Shown: one piece after another, positions 8,341-18,365 of the stretch
How positions within the stretch are numbered: position 1 is the first letter of the stretch
Layout: each line of letters opens with the position of its first letter
Source: Bacteroidales bacterium
GTDB taxonomy: Bacteria; Bacteroidota; Bacteroidia; Bacteroidales; UBA3663
Direction of reading: 5' to 3'
DNA length: 64,000 nucleotides
Assembly (NCBI GenBank): GCA_045598885.1
Contig: JAZRVB010000139.1
Span: 14,961 to 78,960, forward strand
Program-made: the position numbers and the translations under genes
The notes under the pieces: model-generated
The model's input: only the letters and a program-made list of their open reading frames with translations
The model's database searches: none
What the model was told of the DNA's origin: nothing

Positions 8341-9828
8341 ATGTCACTCATCAAGTCAATCTCAGGCATTCGTGGCACCATCGGCGGTAAGGTCGGTGAG
8401 GGCCTTAATCCACTCGATATCGTCAAGTTCACCGCAGCATACGCTACCGTGATCCGTCGTCATAACCCAGCAGCCAAGCGCATCGTCGTCGGCCGTGACG
8501 CTCGTCTTTCTGGCGAGATGCTCTTCCAGTGTGTCTCTGGCACGCTCATCGGCATGGGCTTCGATGTCATCAACATCGGCCTCGCTACTACTCCTACCAC
8601 TGAGATTGCTGTGACTGCAGAGAAGGCTGACGGTGGCATCATCCTCACCGCTTCGCACAACCCTATCCAGTGGAACGCGCTCAAGCTCCTCAACAACGAG
8701 GGCGAATTCTTCGACAAGGCTACTGGCGAGGAGGTGCTCCAGATTGCCGAGGCAGAGGACTTCGACTTCCCAGCTATCACTCCTAAGACCTACACGGGCA
8801 ACGAGTCACAGACAGAGTCAGATCCTAACTATGAGGGCAATCCTATCGGCCATATCATCGAGAAGGATTATACCGACTACCACATCCAGCAGGTGCTCGA
8901 CCTCAAGCTCGTCGATGCTGAGGCAGTGAAGAAGGCCGGCTTCCGTGTGGTTTGCGACTGTATCAACTCTATCGGTGGCGTGATCATCCCTAAGCTGCTC
9001 CGCACTATGGGTGTTGAGGTTGTCGAGCTCAACTGCCAGCCGACCGGCAACTTCGCTCACATGCCTGAGCCAATCGTGGCTAACCTTCAGGGCATCAGCA
9101 ACTATATGAAGGAGGCATACAATTCCTCACTCCTCACTCCTAACTCCTCACTCAAGATCGATCTTGGCGTGATTGTCGATCCAGATGTCGATCGCCTCGC
9201 ATTCGTACAGGAGACCGGTGAGCTCTTCGGCGAGGAATATACCCTCGTTTCTGTTGCAGATTACGTGCTCCAGCATACTCCGGGCAACACCTGCTCTAAC
9301 CTCTCTTCTTCACGCGCTCTCCGCGACGTGACTCGTGCTCACGGAGGCAGTTACAGCGCTGCAGCTGTCGGTGAGGTCAACGTAGTGACCAAGATGAAGG
9401 ACACCAACGCCATTATCGGTGGCGAGGGAAATGGCGGTGTCATCTATCCTGAGGCTCACTACGGTCGCGACGCTTTGGTCGGTGTAGCTCTCTTCCTCAC
9501 CAACCTCGCTCAGCTCCGCGAGAAGAATCCATCGCTCACCGTCTCTGAGCTCCGCGCAAGCTATCCTCCTTACGAGATCGCTAAGCAGCGTGTAGACCTC
9601 TCTCCAGACATTGACGTTGATGGCGTATTGCTCCGCATGAAAGAGAAGTATCAGGGGCAGCCAGGTATCGAAGTAACTGATATCGACGGCGTGAAGCTCG
9701 ACTTCGAGGACCGCTGGGTACACATGCGCAAGTCTAATACTGAGCCTATCATCCGTATCTATGCAGAGGCTTCGACCATGGAGGAGGCTCAGAAGACGGC
9801 GGATGCTATCAAGGCAGAACTGTCGTAA
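8341..9828 (+). CDS. glmM: phosphoglucosamine mutase
   Basis: N-terminus MSLIKSISGIRGTIGG. Active-site Ser loop TASHNP. Metal loop DPDVDR. At 495 aa it is longer than I recall for Bacteroidota GlmM; see the finding on the embedded 32-bp repeat. Confidence 0.9.
   Translation: MSLIKSISGIRGTIGGKVGEGLNPLDIVKFTAAYATVIRRHNPAAKRIVVGRDARLSGEMLFQCVSGTLIGMGFDVINIGLATTPTTEIAVTAEKADGGIILTASHNPIQWNALKLLNNEGEFFDKATGEEVLQIAEAEDFDFPAITPKTYTGNESQTESDPNYEGNPIGHIIEKDYTDYHIQQVLDLKLVDAEAVKKAGFRVVCDCINSIGGVIIPKLLRTMGVEVVELNCQPTGNFAHMPEPIVANLQGISNYMKEAYNSSLLTPNSSLKIDLGVIVDPDVDRLAFVQETGELFGEEYTLVSVADYVLQHTPGNTCSNLSSSRALRDVTRAHGGSYSAAAVGEVNVVTKMKDTNAIIGGEGNGGVIYPEAHYGRDALVGVALFLTNLAQLREKNPSLTVSELRASYPPYEIAKQRVDLSPDIDVDGVLLRMKEKYQGQPGIEVTDIDGVKLDFEDRWVHMRKSNTEPIIRIYAEASTMEEAQKTADAIKAELS
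9121..9152. repeat. 32-bp repeat copy 1 (inside the glmM CDS)
   Basis: AATTCCTCACTCCTCACTCCTAACTCCTCACT is identical to 20259-20290. Here it is read in frame as NSSLLTPNSSL. Confidence 0.9.
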
Positions 9829-9839
9829 AGAATTATAGG

Positions 9840-11600
9840 ATGAAATATCTTTCCCTTATGGCTCTTTCCATGCTCCTCGCCTCTTGTGCTGCGCCTAAGC
9901 CACAGGAAGCAGATCTGGTGATGCTTTTCACCACCGATCTCCATGGAGCTTGCCTGCCTTTCGACTTCAAAAAGAATGAGCCGGCAAAGACCTCACTGGC
10001 CAACGTAAGCACCTACGTCAAGCAGCAGCGCGAGGAGAATCCTGATGCGGTGATGCTGTTCGACACGGGCGACTTCCTGCAGGGTCAGCCATCGATCTAC
10101 TATTATAACTTCGTAGATACGACCGACATGCACATCATGCCACGCGTCTACAATTATCTGAAGTACGATGCTGTCGGTGTGGGCAATCACGATATCGAGC
10201 CAGGTGAAGATGTCTATGGGCGTCGCCTTCCTTCGCAGTTCGAGATGCCTTGGCTCTGTGCCAACGCCATCGATCAGCGCACGGGCAAGCCGATGTTCCA
10301 ACCTTATACGGTCATTGAGCGACAGGGCATTAAGGTGGCTGTCCTCGGCATGATCACCCCTCATATCCATGCCTGGCTGCCGAAGACCCTCTGGCCGAAC
10401 CTCGAGTTTGAGGACATGGTGGAGTGTGCACAGAAGTGGGTTCCTATCATCCAGCAGAAAGAGCAGCCAGATCTGCTCATCGGACTTTTCCACGCTGGTT
10501 ATGACTACACCGTCGGCGACTGTGACCTTGACACAAAGTACAATGAGAATGGCTCGGTACCTGCTGCGATCAAGGTTCCTGGCTTTGACATTGTCCTCTG
10601 TGGTCATGACCATCAGCCAAGCATGTTCAATGTGGCAAACGTGGCAGGCGACAGCGTCCTGATCCTCGATGCACAGACACAAGCCATGAAGGTCGGTCGT
10701 GCTGCTATCCATTTCCAGTTGGTCGATGGCAAGTATCAGAAGACCATCAAGCCAGAGTTGATCGATATGACTCAGGTCGAGCCAGATGCAGACTTTTGCG
10801 CTACCTTCCAGCCGACTATCGATGAGGTAAACAGTTATGTAGATGCTCCTCTCGGAGAGCTCACTGCGCCTCTCTATGGCGAACCTTCGCTCTACGGACC
10901 GTCAGAGTTCCAGGACTTTATCCATGAGGCTCAGCTCTGGGCCACCGGTGCAGACATCTCGTTTGCAGCGGTCCTCGCACCTCGAGACATGATCCCTGCG
11001 GGTCCGATCACCATGCGTCACCTCTTTACATTATATAAATATGAGAACCAGCTCTTCACCTTGGCCATGACAGGCGAGGAAGTGAAGACGTACCTGGAGT
11101 TCGGCTTTGCCAATCAGTACAACCAGATGGCATCGGCCAACGATCATCTCCTGGCTTTCAAGAAAGACGCTGACGGCAAGTACATAATGAACGCTTATGG
11201 TCCACAGTACGTCACTCCTACCTTCAACTACACTTGCGCAGGAGGCATCAAGCTGACGGTCGATGTCTCAAAGCCTGCGGGTGAGCGCGTCAACATCCTC
11301 AGCATGAGCGATGGCTCCGCATTCGACCTCACCAAGACCTACAAGGTAGCAATCAACAGCTATCAGGCAAGCGGTGGCGGAGACTTCATCCCGAAAGGCC
11401 TTGGCTGGGATCAGGAGATGCTGAAGGAGAGAACGATCGCTGCAGCACCTAAAGATGTACGTCGCTACATCGCAGAATACATCCAGCAGCTCAAGACCAT
11501 CACCCCTCGCTCACGTGACGACTGGCAGGTCATCCCGACCGACTGGTGGAAGAAAGGTATTGAGATCGACAAGAAGTTCATCAATCCGAACCAGAGATAG
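9840..11600 (+). CDS. bifunctional metallophosphatase / 5'-nucleotidase (UshA-like) lipoprotein
   Basis: Lipobox LLASC|AAP. Calcineurin-like metallophosphatase motifs TTDLHG, GDFLQG, GNHD and GHDH. C-terminal 5'-nucleotidase-like domain. Confidence 0.85.
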   Translation: MKYLSLMALSMLLASCAAPKPQEADLVMLFTTDLHGACLPFDFKKNEPAKTSLANVSTYVKQQREENPDAVMLFDTGDFLQGQPSIYYYNFVDTTDMHIMPRVYNYLKYDAVGVGNHDIEPGEDVYGRRLPSQFEMPWLCANAIDQRTGKPMFQPYTVIERQGIKVAVLGMITPHIHAWLPKTLWPNLEFEDMVECAQKWVPIIQQKEQPDLLIGLFHAGYDYTVGDCDLDTKYNENGSVPAAIKVPGFDIVLCGHDHQPSMFNVANVAGDSVLILDAQTQAMKVGRAAIHFQLVDGKYQKTIKPELIDMTQVEPDADFCATFQPTIDEVNSYVDAPLGELTAPLYGEPSLYGPSEFQDFIHEAQLWATGADISFAAVLAPRDMIPAGPITMRHLFTLYKYENQLFTLAMTGEEVKTYLEFGFANQYNQMASANDHLLAFKKDADGKYIMNAYGPQYVTPTFNYTCAGGIKLTVDVSKPAGERVNILSMSDGSAFDLTKTYKVAINSYQASGGGDFIPKGLGWDQEMLKERTIAAAPKDVRRYIAEYIQQLKTITPRSRDDWQVIPTDWWKKGIEIDKKFINPNQR

Positions 11601-11628
11601 GAGGACCCTCCCCACCCTCCCTCAAAGG

Positions 11629-12315
11629 ATGGGAGATATTAAGTTACTAATGCAATTAAAAAAACTCACTATAGGATATAAAAGTTCAGCGCCAATCGTT
11701 TTTTCGATTGACGCTGAATTGCTACCTGCTACCTTTACCTGTCTTCTGGGAAGGAATGGCACAGGCAAGAGTACCTTGCTGATGACTCTGGCCGACCTGC
11801 TCAAGCCACTCGACGGACACATTATATATAATAAGGAGCAGCGGCCGGCGCTGGTACTGCCCAAAATGCCAGAACTCACGAATACCACCGTGCGAGAACT
11901 GGTAGCTTACGGACGCCTGCCCTATACCGACCTCTTCGGAAAGTTAAAACCTGCTGATTACGAAGCCGCAGACTCAGCCATAGAACGCGTCGGCATCACG
12001 GCCTTAGCAGACAGATATGTCCATCTGCTGAGCGACGGAGAGCGACAGAAAGCGCTCATCGCCAGAGGCCTCGCACAGGGGGCTGACACGCTCCTCCTGG
12101 ACGAACCGAGCGCCTTCCTCGACTATCCGAGCCGTCGACAGCTGATGACTCTCCTTCAGCAACTTGCACACCAGGAAGGAAAAACCATACTGCTCAGTAC
12201 CCACGATGTGGAACTTGCGGCGCAATACGCTGATAATCTATGGATCATCCTAGACCATCAGCTCATAGAGCAGAATCCTCAGAGCTTCAGCGCCGAGGAT
12301 CACTTCAGCGGCTGA
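11629..12315 (+). CDS. ABC transporter ATP-binding protein (FecE/BtuD-like), no adjacent permease
   Basis: Walker A GRNGTGKST, signature LSDGERQ, Walker B LLLDEP. The track ORF from 11455 overlaps the preceding gene. The ATG at 11629 (MGDIKLL...) follows that gene's stop. Confidence 0.8.
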   Translation: MGDIKLLMQLKKLTIGYKSSAPIVFSIDAELLPATFTCLLGRNGTGKSTLLMTLADLLKPLDGHIIYNKEQRPALVLPKMPELTNTTVRELVAYGRLPYTDLFGKLKPADYEAADSAIERVGITALADRYVHLLSDGERQKALIARGLAQGADTLLLDEPSAFLDYPSRRQLMTLLQQLAHQEGKTILLSTHDVELAAQYADNLWIILDHQLIEQNPQSFSAEDHFSG

Positions 12316-13664
12316 TAGCTGAAATTCTTTACCGTAGCACCCTCCGACACGAGAATAGCCGGACGAAGAGCAAAGAAACCATTGTAATTATTATGGTGAT
12401 AGCCAGAGACGTCTACCCCACTCTCGACGGTTGTCCAGTTCTCTCCATCGAGACTCTTCTCCGTAGTTGCCACGTTCTTATCGTTGCGGATGCGCAGATA
12501 GAAGTGGTTAGAAGTATCCTGCAACCCCAGATTAGCCTCCTCATTATAGAAAAGATATAGACCTGCCTTAGCACCGTCGGTCAATTCAAACTCAGCCGTC
12601 ACTTCATAAGCGCGGTCGACAGCAGTGATTGTCCAGAGCTCAGCGTCGTCAAAGCCTGGCTCCCACTTTGCCCACATGATCGGATTTGTGTAGTCGCGCA
12701 GGGTGGCGTACTGAGCGCTACCTGCCTCATCCTCAACGAAAGCGTTCTCCTCTACAGCGAGTTTTGGCCAACCGTCCTCGGTCCACTCGATGCTCTCGAT
12801 GATCGACGTACGACCCAAAGTATGATAGCTGTTGCGATAAGAATGATAGACGATATACCAGTTGCCCTCAGCATCATCGAAGATTGTGCCATGGCCCTTC
12901 GACCACCACTCCTCATCAGCTGAATAGGTATGTACCAGAGGGTTATAAGGACTGTTCTCCCATGGACCGAGCGCAGACTTGCTGCGAGCGACGACACACA
13001 TGTGACTGGTGGCAGGGCCAGCTGTACCACCCTCGGCAGTCACCAGATAGTAGTATCCATCCTTCTGGAAAAGCTTTGGAGACTCGAGCCATACACCTTC
13101 GGTCTCCCACTCCGATGGGAACTCCCAGCCATCATACAGCTTGGTGTTCTCGCCAGCAGCAGTCAAGCCGTCGTCGGTGAGCTCGATGGCAAAGCCGTTG
13201 TTCGTATAGAGATACTGCTTGCCATTCTCTGCCAGGACATGACCAGGGTCAATGCCATTGACATCAATCAGGATCGGCTCACTCCAAGGGCCTGCTGGTG
13301 TATCGGCCATCACCACGAAGTTCTGGCCAGCGCTGGTCGGATAATAGATATAGAACTTGTCTCCCACCTTGCAGATCTCTGGGGCAAAGATCGAATACTT
13401 CTGATCCAGCACAGCGCGAGAGATCGGCTCCCAGTTCTGCAAGTCGGTAGAATGCCATACGAGCAGGCCTGGATAGTAGGTGAATGACGAATGAGTCATG
13501 TAGAAGTCGTTACCATCGCGGACAATGCTTGGATCAGGATAGTCACCTGGGAAGACGATCTTCTTTATGGTTGTTTTATTAACGGGTGCAGGCTGTGAGC
13601 TGCAGGAAACAGACAGCACGGCAGCAGACAACGCTGCCAGTGTCAGAAGGCCAGTTTTATTCAT
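12300..13664 (-). CDS. glycoside hydrolase family 43 lipoprotein (beta-xylosidase / alpha-L-arabinofuranosidase type)
   Basis: Lipobox VLSVSC|SS. GH43-like N-terminal propeller with the YPDPSIVRDGNDFYM catalytic-Asp region. C-terminal beta-sandwich. The 3' end overlaps the convergent ABC gene by 16 bp. Confidence 0.8.
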   Translation of the reverse strand: MNKTGLLTLAALSAAVLSVSCSSQPAPVNKTTIKKIVFPGDYPDPSIVRDGNDFYMTHSSFTYYPGLLVWHSTDLQNWEPISRAVLDQKYSIFAPEICKVGDKFYIYYPTSAGQNFVVMADTPAGPWSEPILIDVNGIDPGHVLAENGKQYLYTNNGFAIELTDDGLTAAGENTKLYDGWEFPSEWETEGVWLESPKLFQKDGYYYLVTAEGGTAGPATSHMCVVARSKSALGPWENSPYNPLVHTYSADEEWWSKGHGTIFDDAEGNWYIVYHSYRNSYHTLGRTSIIESIEWTEDGWPKLAVEENAFVEDEAGSAQYATLRDYTNPIMWAKWEPGFDDAELWTITAVDRAYEVTAEFELTDGAKAGLYLFYNEEANLGLQDTSNHFYLRIRNDKNVATTEKSLDGENWTTVESGVDVSGYHHNNYNGFFALRPAILVSEGATVKNFSYQPLK

Positions 13665-13673
13665 AGATAATCA

Positions 13674-14579
13674 TTATGCCTCTGGCATCATATCAGGAGT
13701 CTCGCTGCTGACAGCCACCTCCTTGCTGATCTTAGCGACAAGACCCTGAAGGACCTTGCCAGGACCACACTCGATGAACTCGGTAGCACCGTCAGCGACC
13801 ATTGCCTCGACAGACTTGGTCCAACGCACAGGGCTGGTGAGCTGAGCTACGAGGTTAGCCTTGATCTCTGCAGCATCGGTGTGAGCCTTTGCGTCAACGT
13901 TCTGATAGATAGGGCACTTAGGAGTGCTGAACTCAGTTGCCTCGATAGCCTCAGCGAGTTCTGCACGTGCTGGCTCCATGAGGGGAGAGTGGAAAGCACC
14001 ACCGACCTTGAGAGGAGCGACACGCTTAACGCCGAGCTCGGTGAACTTAGCACCAGCAGCCTCGACAGCAGCAACCTCACCAGAGATGATGACCTGACCA
14101 GGACAGTTGAAGTTTGCAGGAACGACCTTGCCCTCGATAGCGGTACAAACCTCCTCCATCTGCTCGTCGGTTACGACGATGTTGCGCTGAAGGACAGCTG
14201 CCATGGTACCAGGATTGGCATCGCAAGCCTTCTGCATGGCCATAGCACGCTGAGAGACGAGCTTCAGGGCGGCCTCGAAAGTGAGAGCACCACAAGCTAC
14301 AAGCGCAGAGAACTCACCGAGTGAGTGGCCTGCTACCATATCAGGAGTAACGCCATTGACGATAGCCGGGATAACAGAACAAAGGAATACGGCAGGCTGG
14401 GTAACCTTGGTCTGACGGAGGTCCTCATCGGTACCAGCGAACATCATATCAGTGATGCGGAAACCAAGAATCTCATTAGCCTGCTCAAAGAGCTGCTTAG
14501 CCTGGTCGTTGGTCTCGTAGAGGTTCTTGCCCATGCCTACGAACTGTGAACCCTGACCTGGGAAAACGTATGCTTTCAT
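13674..14579 (-). CDS. fabD: malonyl-CoA:ACP transacylase
   Basis: N-terminus FPGQGSQFVGMG. Active-site GHSLGE. 301 aa. Confidence 0.9.
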   Translation of the reverse strand: MKAYVFPGQGSQFVGMGKNLYETNDQAKQLFEQANEILGFRITDMMFAGTDEDLRQTKVTQPAVFLCSVIPAIVNGVTPDMVAGHSLGEFSALVACGALTFEAALKLVSQRAMAMQKACDANPGTMAAVLQRNIVVTDEQMEEVCTAIEGKVVPANFNCPGQVIISGEVAAVEAAGAKFTELGVKRVAPLKVGGAFHSPLMEPARAELAEAIEATEFSTPKCPIYQNVDAKAHTDAAEIKANLVAQLTSPVRWTKSVEAMVADGATEFIECGPGKVLQGLVAKISKEVAVSSETPDMMPEA

Positions 14580-14626
14580 TGCTTATAATATTATTAATGT
14601 GAATATTTGATTTTGAACTGCGACTG

Positions 14627-14657
14627 CAAATATAGAACTTTTCGACCAAACTGCAAA
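14627..14657 (-). promoter_or_regulatory. candidate promoter for fabD
   Basis: On the minus strand: TTTG (complement of 14654-14657), a 19-nt spacer, then TATATTTG (complement of 14627-14634). It lies 47 nt upstream of the fabD ATG at 14579. Confidence 0.35.
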
Positions 14658-14779
14658 ATAGCGCGACACGATTTCGGCAAAAATGTGCACATTTACGGAT
14701 TATACGTGCTAAAAAACGCATGTCTATATGACAAATAAACACCATATTCAAGGCAAACATGATTTTTTCAGCAGCTAAG

Positions 14780-14811
14780 TTTGTATATTTGAATAAAAAG
14801 CACTATCTTTG
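14780..14811 (+). promoter_or_regulatory. candidate promoter for galM
   Basis: TTTG at 14780-14783, a 20-nt spacer, then TATCTTTG at 14804-14811. The ATG is at 14865. Confidence 0.45.
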
Positions 14812-14864
14812 CGAGCAAATTCGGTGGCTAAACACCTTTGAACATTACATAAAATACCTATATC

Positions 14865-15944
14865 ATGGCAACTAACAAGTCAGGTTTGAATCCTGAAAAC
14901 TACGCTTCAGTCGTAGACGGCAAGAAGACCGCCCTCTATGTTCTCACCAACAAGAAGGGCTCTGAAATGTGTGTTTGTAACTACGGTGGTATCATCGTGT
15001 CTCTCATGATGCCAGACCGTGACGGTAAGCTCGATAACGTTGTTCTCGGTTTGAGCAACATCGAGGATATGAAGAAGCGCGTTGACCCATACTTGGGCGC
15101 AGCTATCGGCCGTTATGGCAACCGTATTGCCAATGGTAAGTTCACAATCAATGGTGTAGAGTATACTCTGCCACAGAATGATAACACCAACTGCTTGCAC
15201 GGTGGTTTGAGCGGTTTCGAGTCTAAGGTTTGGGATGCTGAGCAGACCGACGAGCAGACTCTCGTACTCCGCTACACCTCAGTTGATGGCGAGGAGGGCT
15301 TCCCTGGCAACCTCAGCATCGTCATGACCTACAAGCTCACCGACGAGAACGAGGTTTGCATCGACTACAAGGCTACTACCGATAAGCCAACCCTCTGCAA
15401 CCTCACCAACCACTCGTTCTTCAACCTGAACGGTATCAGTGGCAAGGCTGAGGCTCCAGTGATCACCAACAACGTGCTCACCTTGAACTGCGACAAGTTC
15501 ATCCCAGTAGATAAGATCGCTATTCCTGTCGGTGTCAAGACTCCAGTGGAGGGTACTCCATTCGACTTCCGTCAGCCAGCTCTTGTTGCAGACCGCATCG
15601 ATGACAACGATACCCAGATCAAGTATGGCGCTGGTATCGACCACAGCTTCTGCATCAACCAGAAGAACGCTGGTGAGATGACCCTCGCTGCTGTCTGCGA
15701 GTGCCCTGCTACCGGTCGTGTATTGAGCACCTATACTACTGAGCCAGGTCTCCAGGTTTACTCTGGTAACTTCCTCAACGGCACCGTAGGCGTTGGCGGC
15801 ACCGTCTTCCCACGTCGCTCAGGTATCTGCTTCGAGGCTCAGCACCACCCAGACTGTATCAACCAGCCTAAGTTCGAGCAGTGCATTCTCAATCCAGGCG
15901 AGACCTACAGCCAGACCACTGTTTACGCTTTCTCAACAAAGTAA
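14865..15944 (+). CDS. galM: aldose 1-epimerase (galactose mutarotase)
   Basis: 359-aa ORF with mutarotase-like motifs (GRYGNRIANGKF, NCLHGG, TNHSFFNL, CFEAQHHPD). Located next to galK. Confidence 0.9.
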   Translation: MATNKSGLNPENYASVVDGKKTALYVLTNKKGSEMCVCNYGGIIVSLMMPDRDGKLDNVVLGLSNIEDMKKRVDPYLGAAIGRYGNRIANGKFTINGVEYTLPQNDNTNCLHGGLSGFESKVWDAEQTDEQTLVLRYTSVDGEEGFPGNLSIVMTYKLTDENEVCIDYKATTDKPTLCNLTNHSFFNLNGISGKAEAPVITNNVLTLNCDKFIPVDKIAIPVGVKTPVEGTPFDFRQPALVADRIDDNDTQIKYGAGIDHSFCINQKNAGEMTLAAVCECPATGRVLSTYTTEPGLQVYSGNFLNGTVGVGGTVFPRRSGICFEAQHHPDCINQPKFEQCILNPGETYSQTTVYAFSTK

Positions 15945-15979
15945 GAAACAATAACATTATTAATAAATTACTAACCAAA

Positions 15980-16102
15980 ATGGCAAAGTCAGAAAAGAAG
16001 CGCAAGAAGGTTTTCGGTTTCCACACCCCATTCAACAAGCCAAGCAAGGTGCAGGAAGCTAACGCTGCCGCTATGGCCGCATATCTTGCAAAGAAGGACT
16101 AA
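15980..16102 (+). CDS. possible 40-aa lysine-rich small protein
   Basis: ATG at 15980 gives MAKSEKKRKKVFGFHTPFNKPSKVQEANAAAMAAYLAKKD. It sits between galM and a hairpin terminator. No family recognised. The track ORF 15881.. is an upstream extension overlapping galM. Confidence 0.3.
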   Translation: MAKSEKKRKKVFGFHTPFNKPSKVQEANAAAMAAYLAKKD

Positions 16103-16152
16103 TTAATCGTGAGGTCTCGGTCTCAGGCAGAGACTTCAAAGAAATTAGTAGC

Positions 16153-16222
16153 TAAAGAGTTAAAAAGTGAAACCAGTTATCCTTACGGACAATGTGCACT
16201 TTTTAGCTCTTTACGCTTTTTT
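16153..16222 (+). terminator. hairpin plus T-tract terminator (word-repeat arms)
   Basis: The arms TAAAGAGTTAAAAAGTG (16153-16169) and CACTTTTTAGCTCTTTA (16197-16213) are complementary with 1 mismatch. The loop is 27 nt. A TTTTTT run follows at 16217-16222. Confidence 0.5.
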
Positions 16223-16284
16223 GAATCCAATCTAACCATGCTATCTTTCAGACCTTACCATACTAACACCAAATCTTCACACCC

Positions 16285-17442
16285 ATGGACGTTCAAGTAA
16301 TCCGCGAGAAATTCGCAAAACACCTTAACGGTGAACCTGCTGCTGTCTATGCCTCTCCAGGTCGTATCAATCTTATTGGTGAGCACACCGACTACAATGG
16401 AGGCTTCGTCTTCCCTGGCGCTGTAGAGCAGGGCATGATGGCTGCTATCCGTCCTAATGGCACCCGTACCATCAAGGCATATTCCATTGACCTAAAAGAC
16501 TATGACGAGTTCTCGCTCGACGATCCTAAGGGTCCTCACGCCAGTCACTTCCGCTATGTCTATGGCGTAGCTAAGGAGATGGAGAAGCGCGGTGTGGAGG
16601 TTCAGGGCTTCGACTGTGCATTTGCCGGTGACGTACCTCTCGGCGCAGGCATGTCTTCTTCTGCTGCTTTGGAGAGCTGCTTCGCTTTCGCTATCAACGA
16701 TCTCTTCGGTGACAATAAGGTCAGCAAGATGGAGCTCGCTAAGGCTGGTCAAGCTACCGAGCATAATTATATCGGTGTCAACTGTGGCATCATGGATCAG
16801 TTTGCTTCTGTCCATGGCAAGAAGGGGTGCCTCATGCGCCTCGACTGCCAGAGCGGAGAGTTCCAGTACTTCCCATGGGAGCCAAAGGGCTATCGTCTCG
16901 TCCTCATCAACTCTTGCGTCAAGCATGAGCTCGTAGGATCTCCATACAATGACCGTCGTAAAAGCTGCGAGAATGTCGTAGCTGCTATCAACGCTAAGTT
17001 CGGCATCAATGCAGAGACTCTACGTGACTGCACTTGGGAGCAGATTGAGGCTGTCAAGCCAGAGTGCAACCCTGTCGACATCCAGCGTGCTAACTTCGTC
17101 ATGGGCGAGAAGGATCGTGTCCTCGCTGTCTGCGATGCACTTGAGAAGGGTGACTATGAGACCGTTGGTCAGAAGATGTTCGAGACTCACCAGGGTCTCA
17201 GCAAGGACTACGAGGTAAGCTGCGAGGAACTCGACTTCCTCAATGACGTAGCCTTCGACTGTGGTGTCACCGGTTCACGTATCATGGGTGGCGGCTTCGG
17301 AGGCTGCACCATCAACCTCGTCAAGAACGACCTCTACGAGCTCTTCACCACCAATGTGGTCGAGAAGTTTGAGGCTAAGTATGGCAAGAAGCCTATCGTC
17401 ATTCCTGTAGTGATTGGCGATGGAGCGCGCAAGATTTGTTAA
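16285..17442 (+). CDS. galK: galactokinase
   Basis: GHMP kinase motifs: [15 protein letters not shown], the [14 protein letters not shown] loop and GGGFGGC. Confidence 0.92.
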   Translation: MDVQVIREKFAKHLNGEPAAVYASPGRINLIGEHTDYNGGFVFPGAVEQGMMAAIRPNGTRTIKAYSIDLKDYDEFSLDDPKGPHASHFRYVYGVAKEMEKRGVEVQGFDCAFAGDVPLGAGMSSSAALESCFAFAINDLFGDNKVSKMELAKAGQATEHNYIGVNCGIMDQFASVHGKKGCLMRLDCQSGEFQYFPWEPKGYRLVLINSCVKHELVGSPYNDRRKSCENVVAAINAKFGINAETLRDCTWEQIEAVKPECNPVDIQRANFVMGEKDRVLAVCDALEKGDYETVGQKMFETHQGLSKDYEVSCEELDFLNDVAFDCGVTGSRIMGGGFGGCTINLVKNDLYELFTTNVVEKFEAKYGKKPIVIPVVIGDGARKIC

Positions 17443-18284
17443 TGAGATATTTCATCTTCCTACAATATGACGGTACGGCCTACCACGGCTGGCAGACTCA
17501 GCCAGATTGTGTAAGCGTACAGGAAACCATCGAACAGAAGCTCTCGCTGCTCTTGCGGCGGGAGCTCTTCATCGTTGGTGCAGGTCGTACTGATGCAGGC
17601 GTTCATTCGCGCCACATGGCAGCACACTTTGAGTATGACGGCTTTGATGAGATTGCTCAAGTCTCTTACTCTTATGAGGAGAGCCGCGATGCAGAAGGCA
17701 AGCGTGTGTCAGATTATACGATCGGCAATCCAGAAGTTCTAAAAGAGAAGCTCAGCACGCTGACTTTCAAACTTAATGGCCTTCTGCCACCAGACATTTC
17801 CATTGATCAGATTGTCCCTGTCAAGGCCGACGCCCACGCCCGTTTCAGTGCCATCAGCCGTACCTATAAATATTATATTACGACCAAGAAGACTCCATTC
17901 GACCGCTACTTCTCCTCCCGCATCTACTTCGACCTCGATGTTGAGAAGATGAACGAGGCGTGCGAGAAGCTCTTCCTCTACAGCGACTTTACGTCCTTTG
18001 CCAAGCTTCACACTGATGTCAAGACGCACATCTGCAAGATCATGGAGGCGCACTGGGAAAAGGATGGTCCTCATTACGTCTTCACCATCAAGGCCGACCG
18101 TTTCCTGCGCAACATGGTCCGTGCCATCGTCGGCACTATGATGCAGGTAGGTAAAGGCAAGATCTCTGTCGACGAATTCTGCCGCATCATCGAGCGTCAG
18201 AACCGCTGTCAGGCCGGCGATTCCGTTCCTGCGCAAGCGCTATTTCTTGAAGATGTCGGCTATCCAGACGATATTTTCATCTAA
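17442..18284 (+). CDS. truA: tRNA pseudouridine(38-40) synthase
   Basis: N-terminus [18 protein letters not shown]. Catalytic Asp motif [10 protein letters not shown]. The ATG at 17442 overlaps the galK stop (TTAATG). The track start at 17436 is TTG. Confidence 0.9.
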   Translation: MRYFIFLQYDGTAYHGWQTQPDCVSVQETIEQKLSLLLRRELFIVGAGRTDAGVHSRHMAAHFEYDGFDEIAQVSYSYEESRDAEGKRVSDYTIGNPEVLKEKLSTLTFKLNGLLPPDISIDQIVPVKADAHARFSAISRTYKYYITTKKTPFDRYFSSRIYFDLDVEKMNEACEKLFLYSDFTSFAKLHTDVKTHICKIMEAHWEKDGPHYVFTIKADRFLRNMVRAIVGTMMQVGKGKISVDEFCRIIERQNRCQAGDSVPAQALFLEDVGYPDDIFI

Positions 18285-18307
18285 AATTCTATTATTTGCA
18301 ATAATAG

Positions 18308-18339
18308 TTTGCAAAAACGAAAAAAAGTGTGTATCTTCG
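18308..18339 (+). promoter_or_regulatory. candidate promoter for lepA
   Basis: TTTG at 18308-18311, a 20-nt spacer, then TATCTTCG at 18332-18339 (one mismatch to TAnnTTTG). The ATG is at 18366. Confidence 0.35.
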
Positions 18340-18365
18340 CAACGCGAAAATATGCACTTTTTTCT

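Noticed and set aside
9993-10712. Long antisense ORFs inside well-supported genes. Examples: 152..817 -, 9993..10712 -, 12930..13487 +, 29421..30215 -, 34886..35743 +, 62696..63700 +.
   Set aside because: They lie fully within genes that have strong motif support on the other strand. Their translations are low-complexity and Arg/Ser/Leu-rich with no recognisable motifs. This is typical of shadow ORFs.
11455-11628. The N-terminal 58-aa extension of the ABC ATPase ORF.
   Set aside because: It overlaps the 3' end of the 5'-nucleotidase gene in another frame and is Ser/Arg/Thr-rich. The ATG at 11629 follows the upstream stop and precedes the Walker A region at a normal distance.
13664-13674. The 9-bp spacing between fabD and the downstream GH43 gene, read as evidence for a functional fatty-acid/glycan operon.
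   Set aside because: Tight co-directional spacing alone is weak evidence. No shared pathway logic is known, so it is probably incidental co-transcription.
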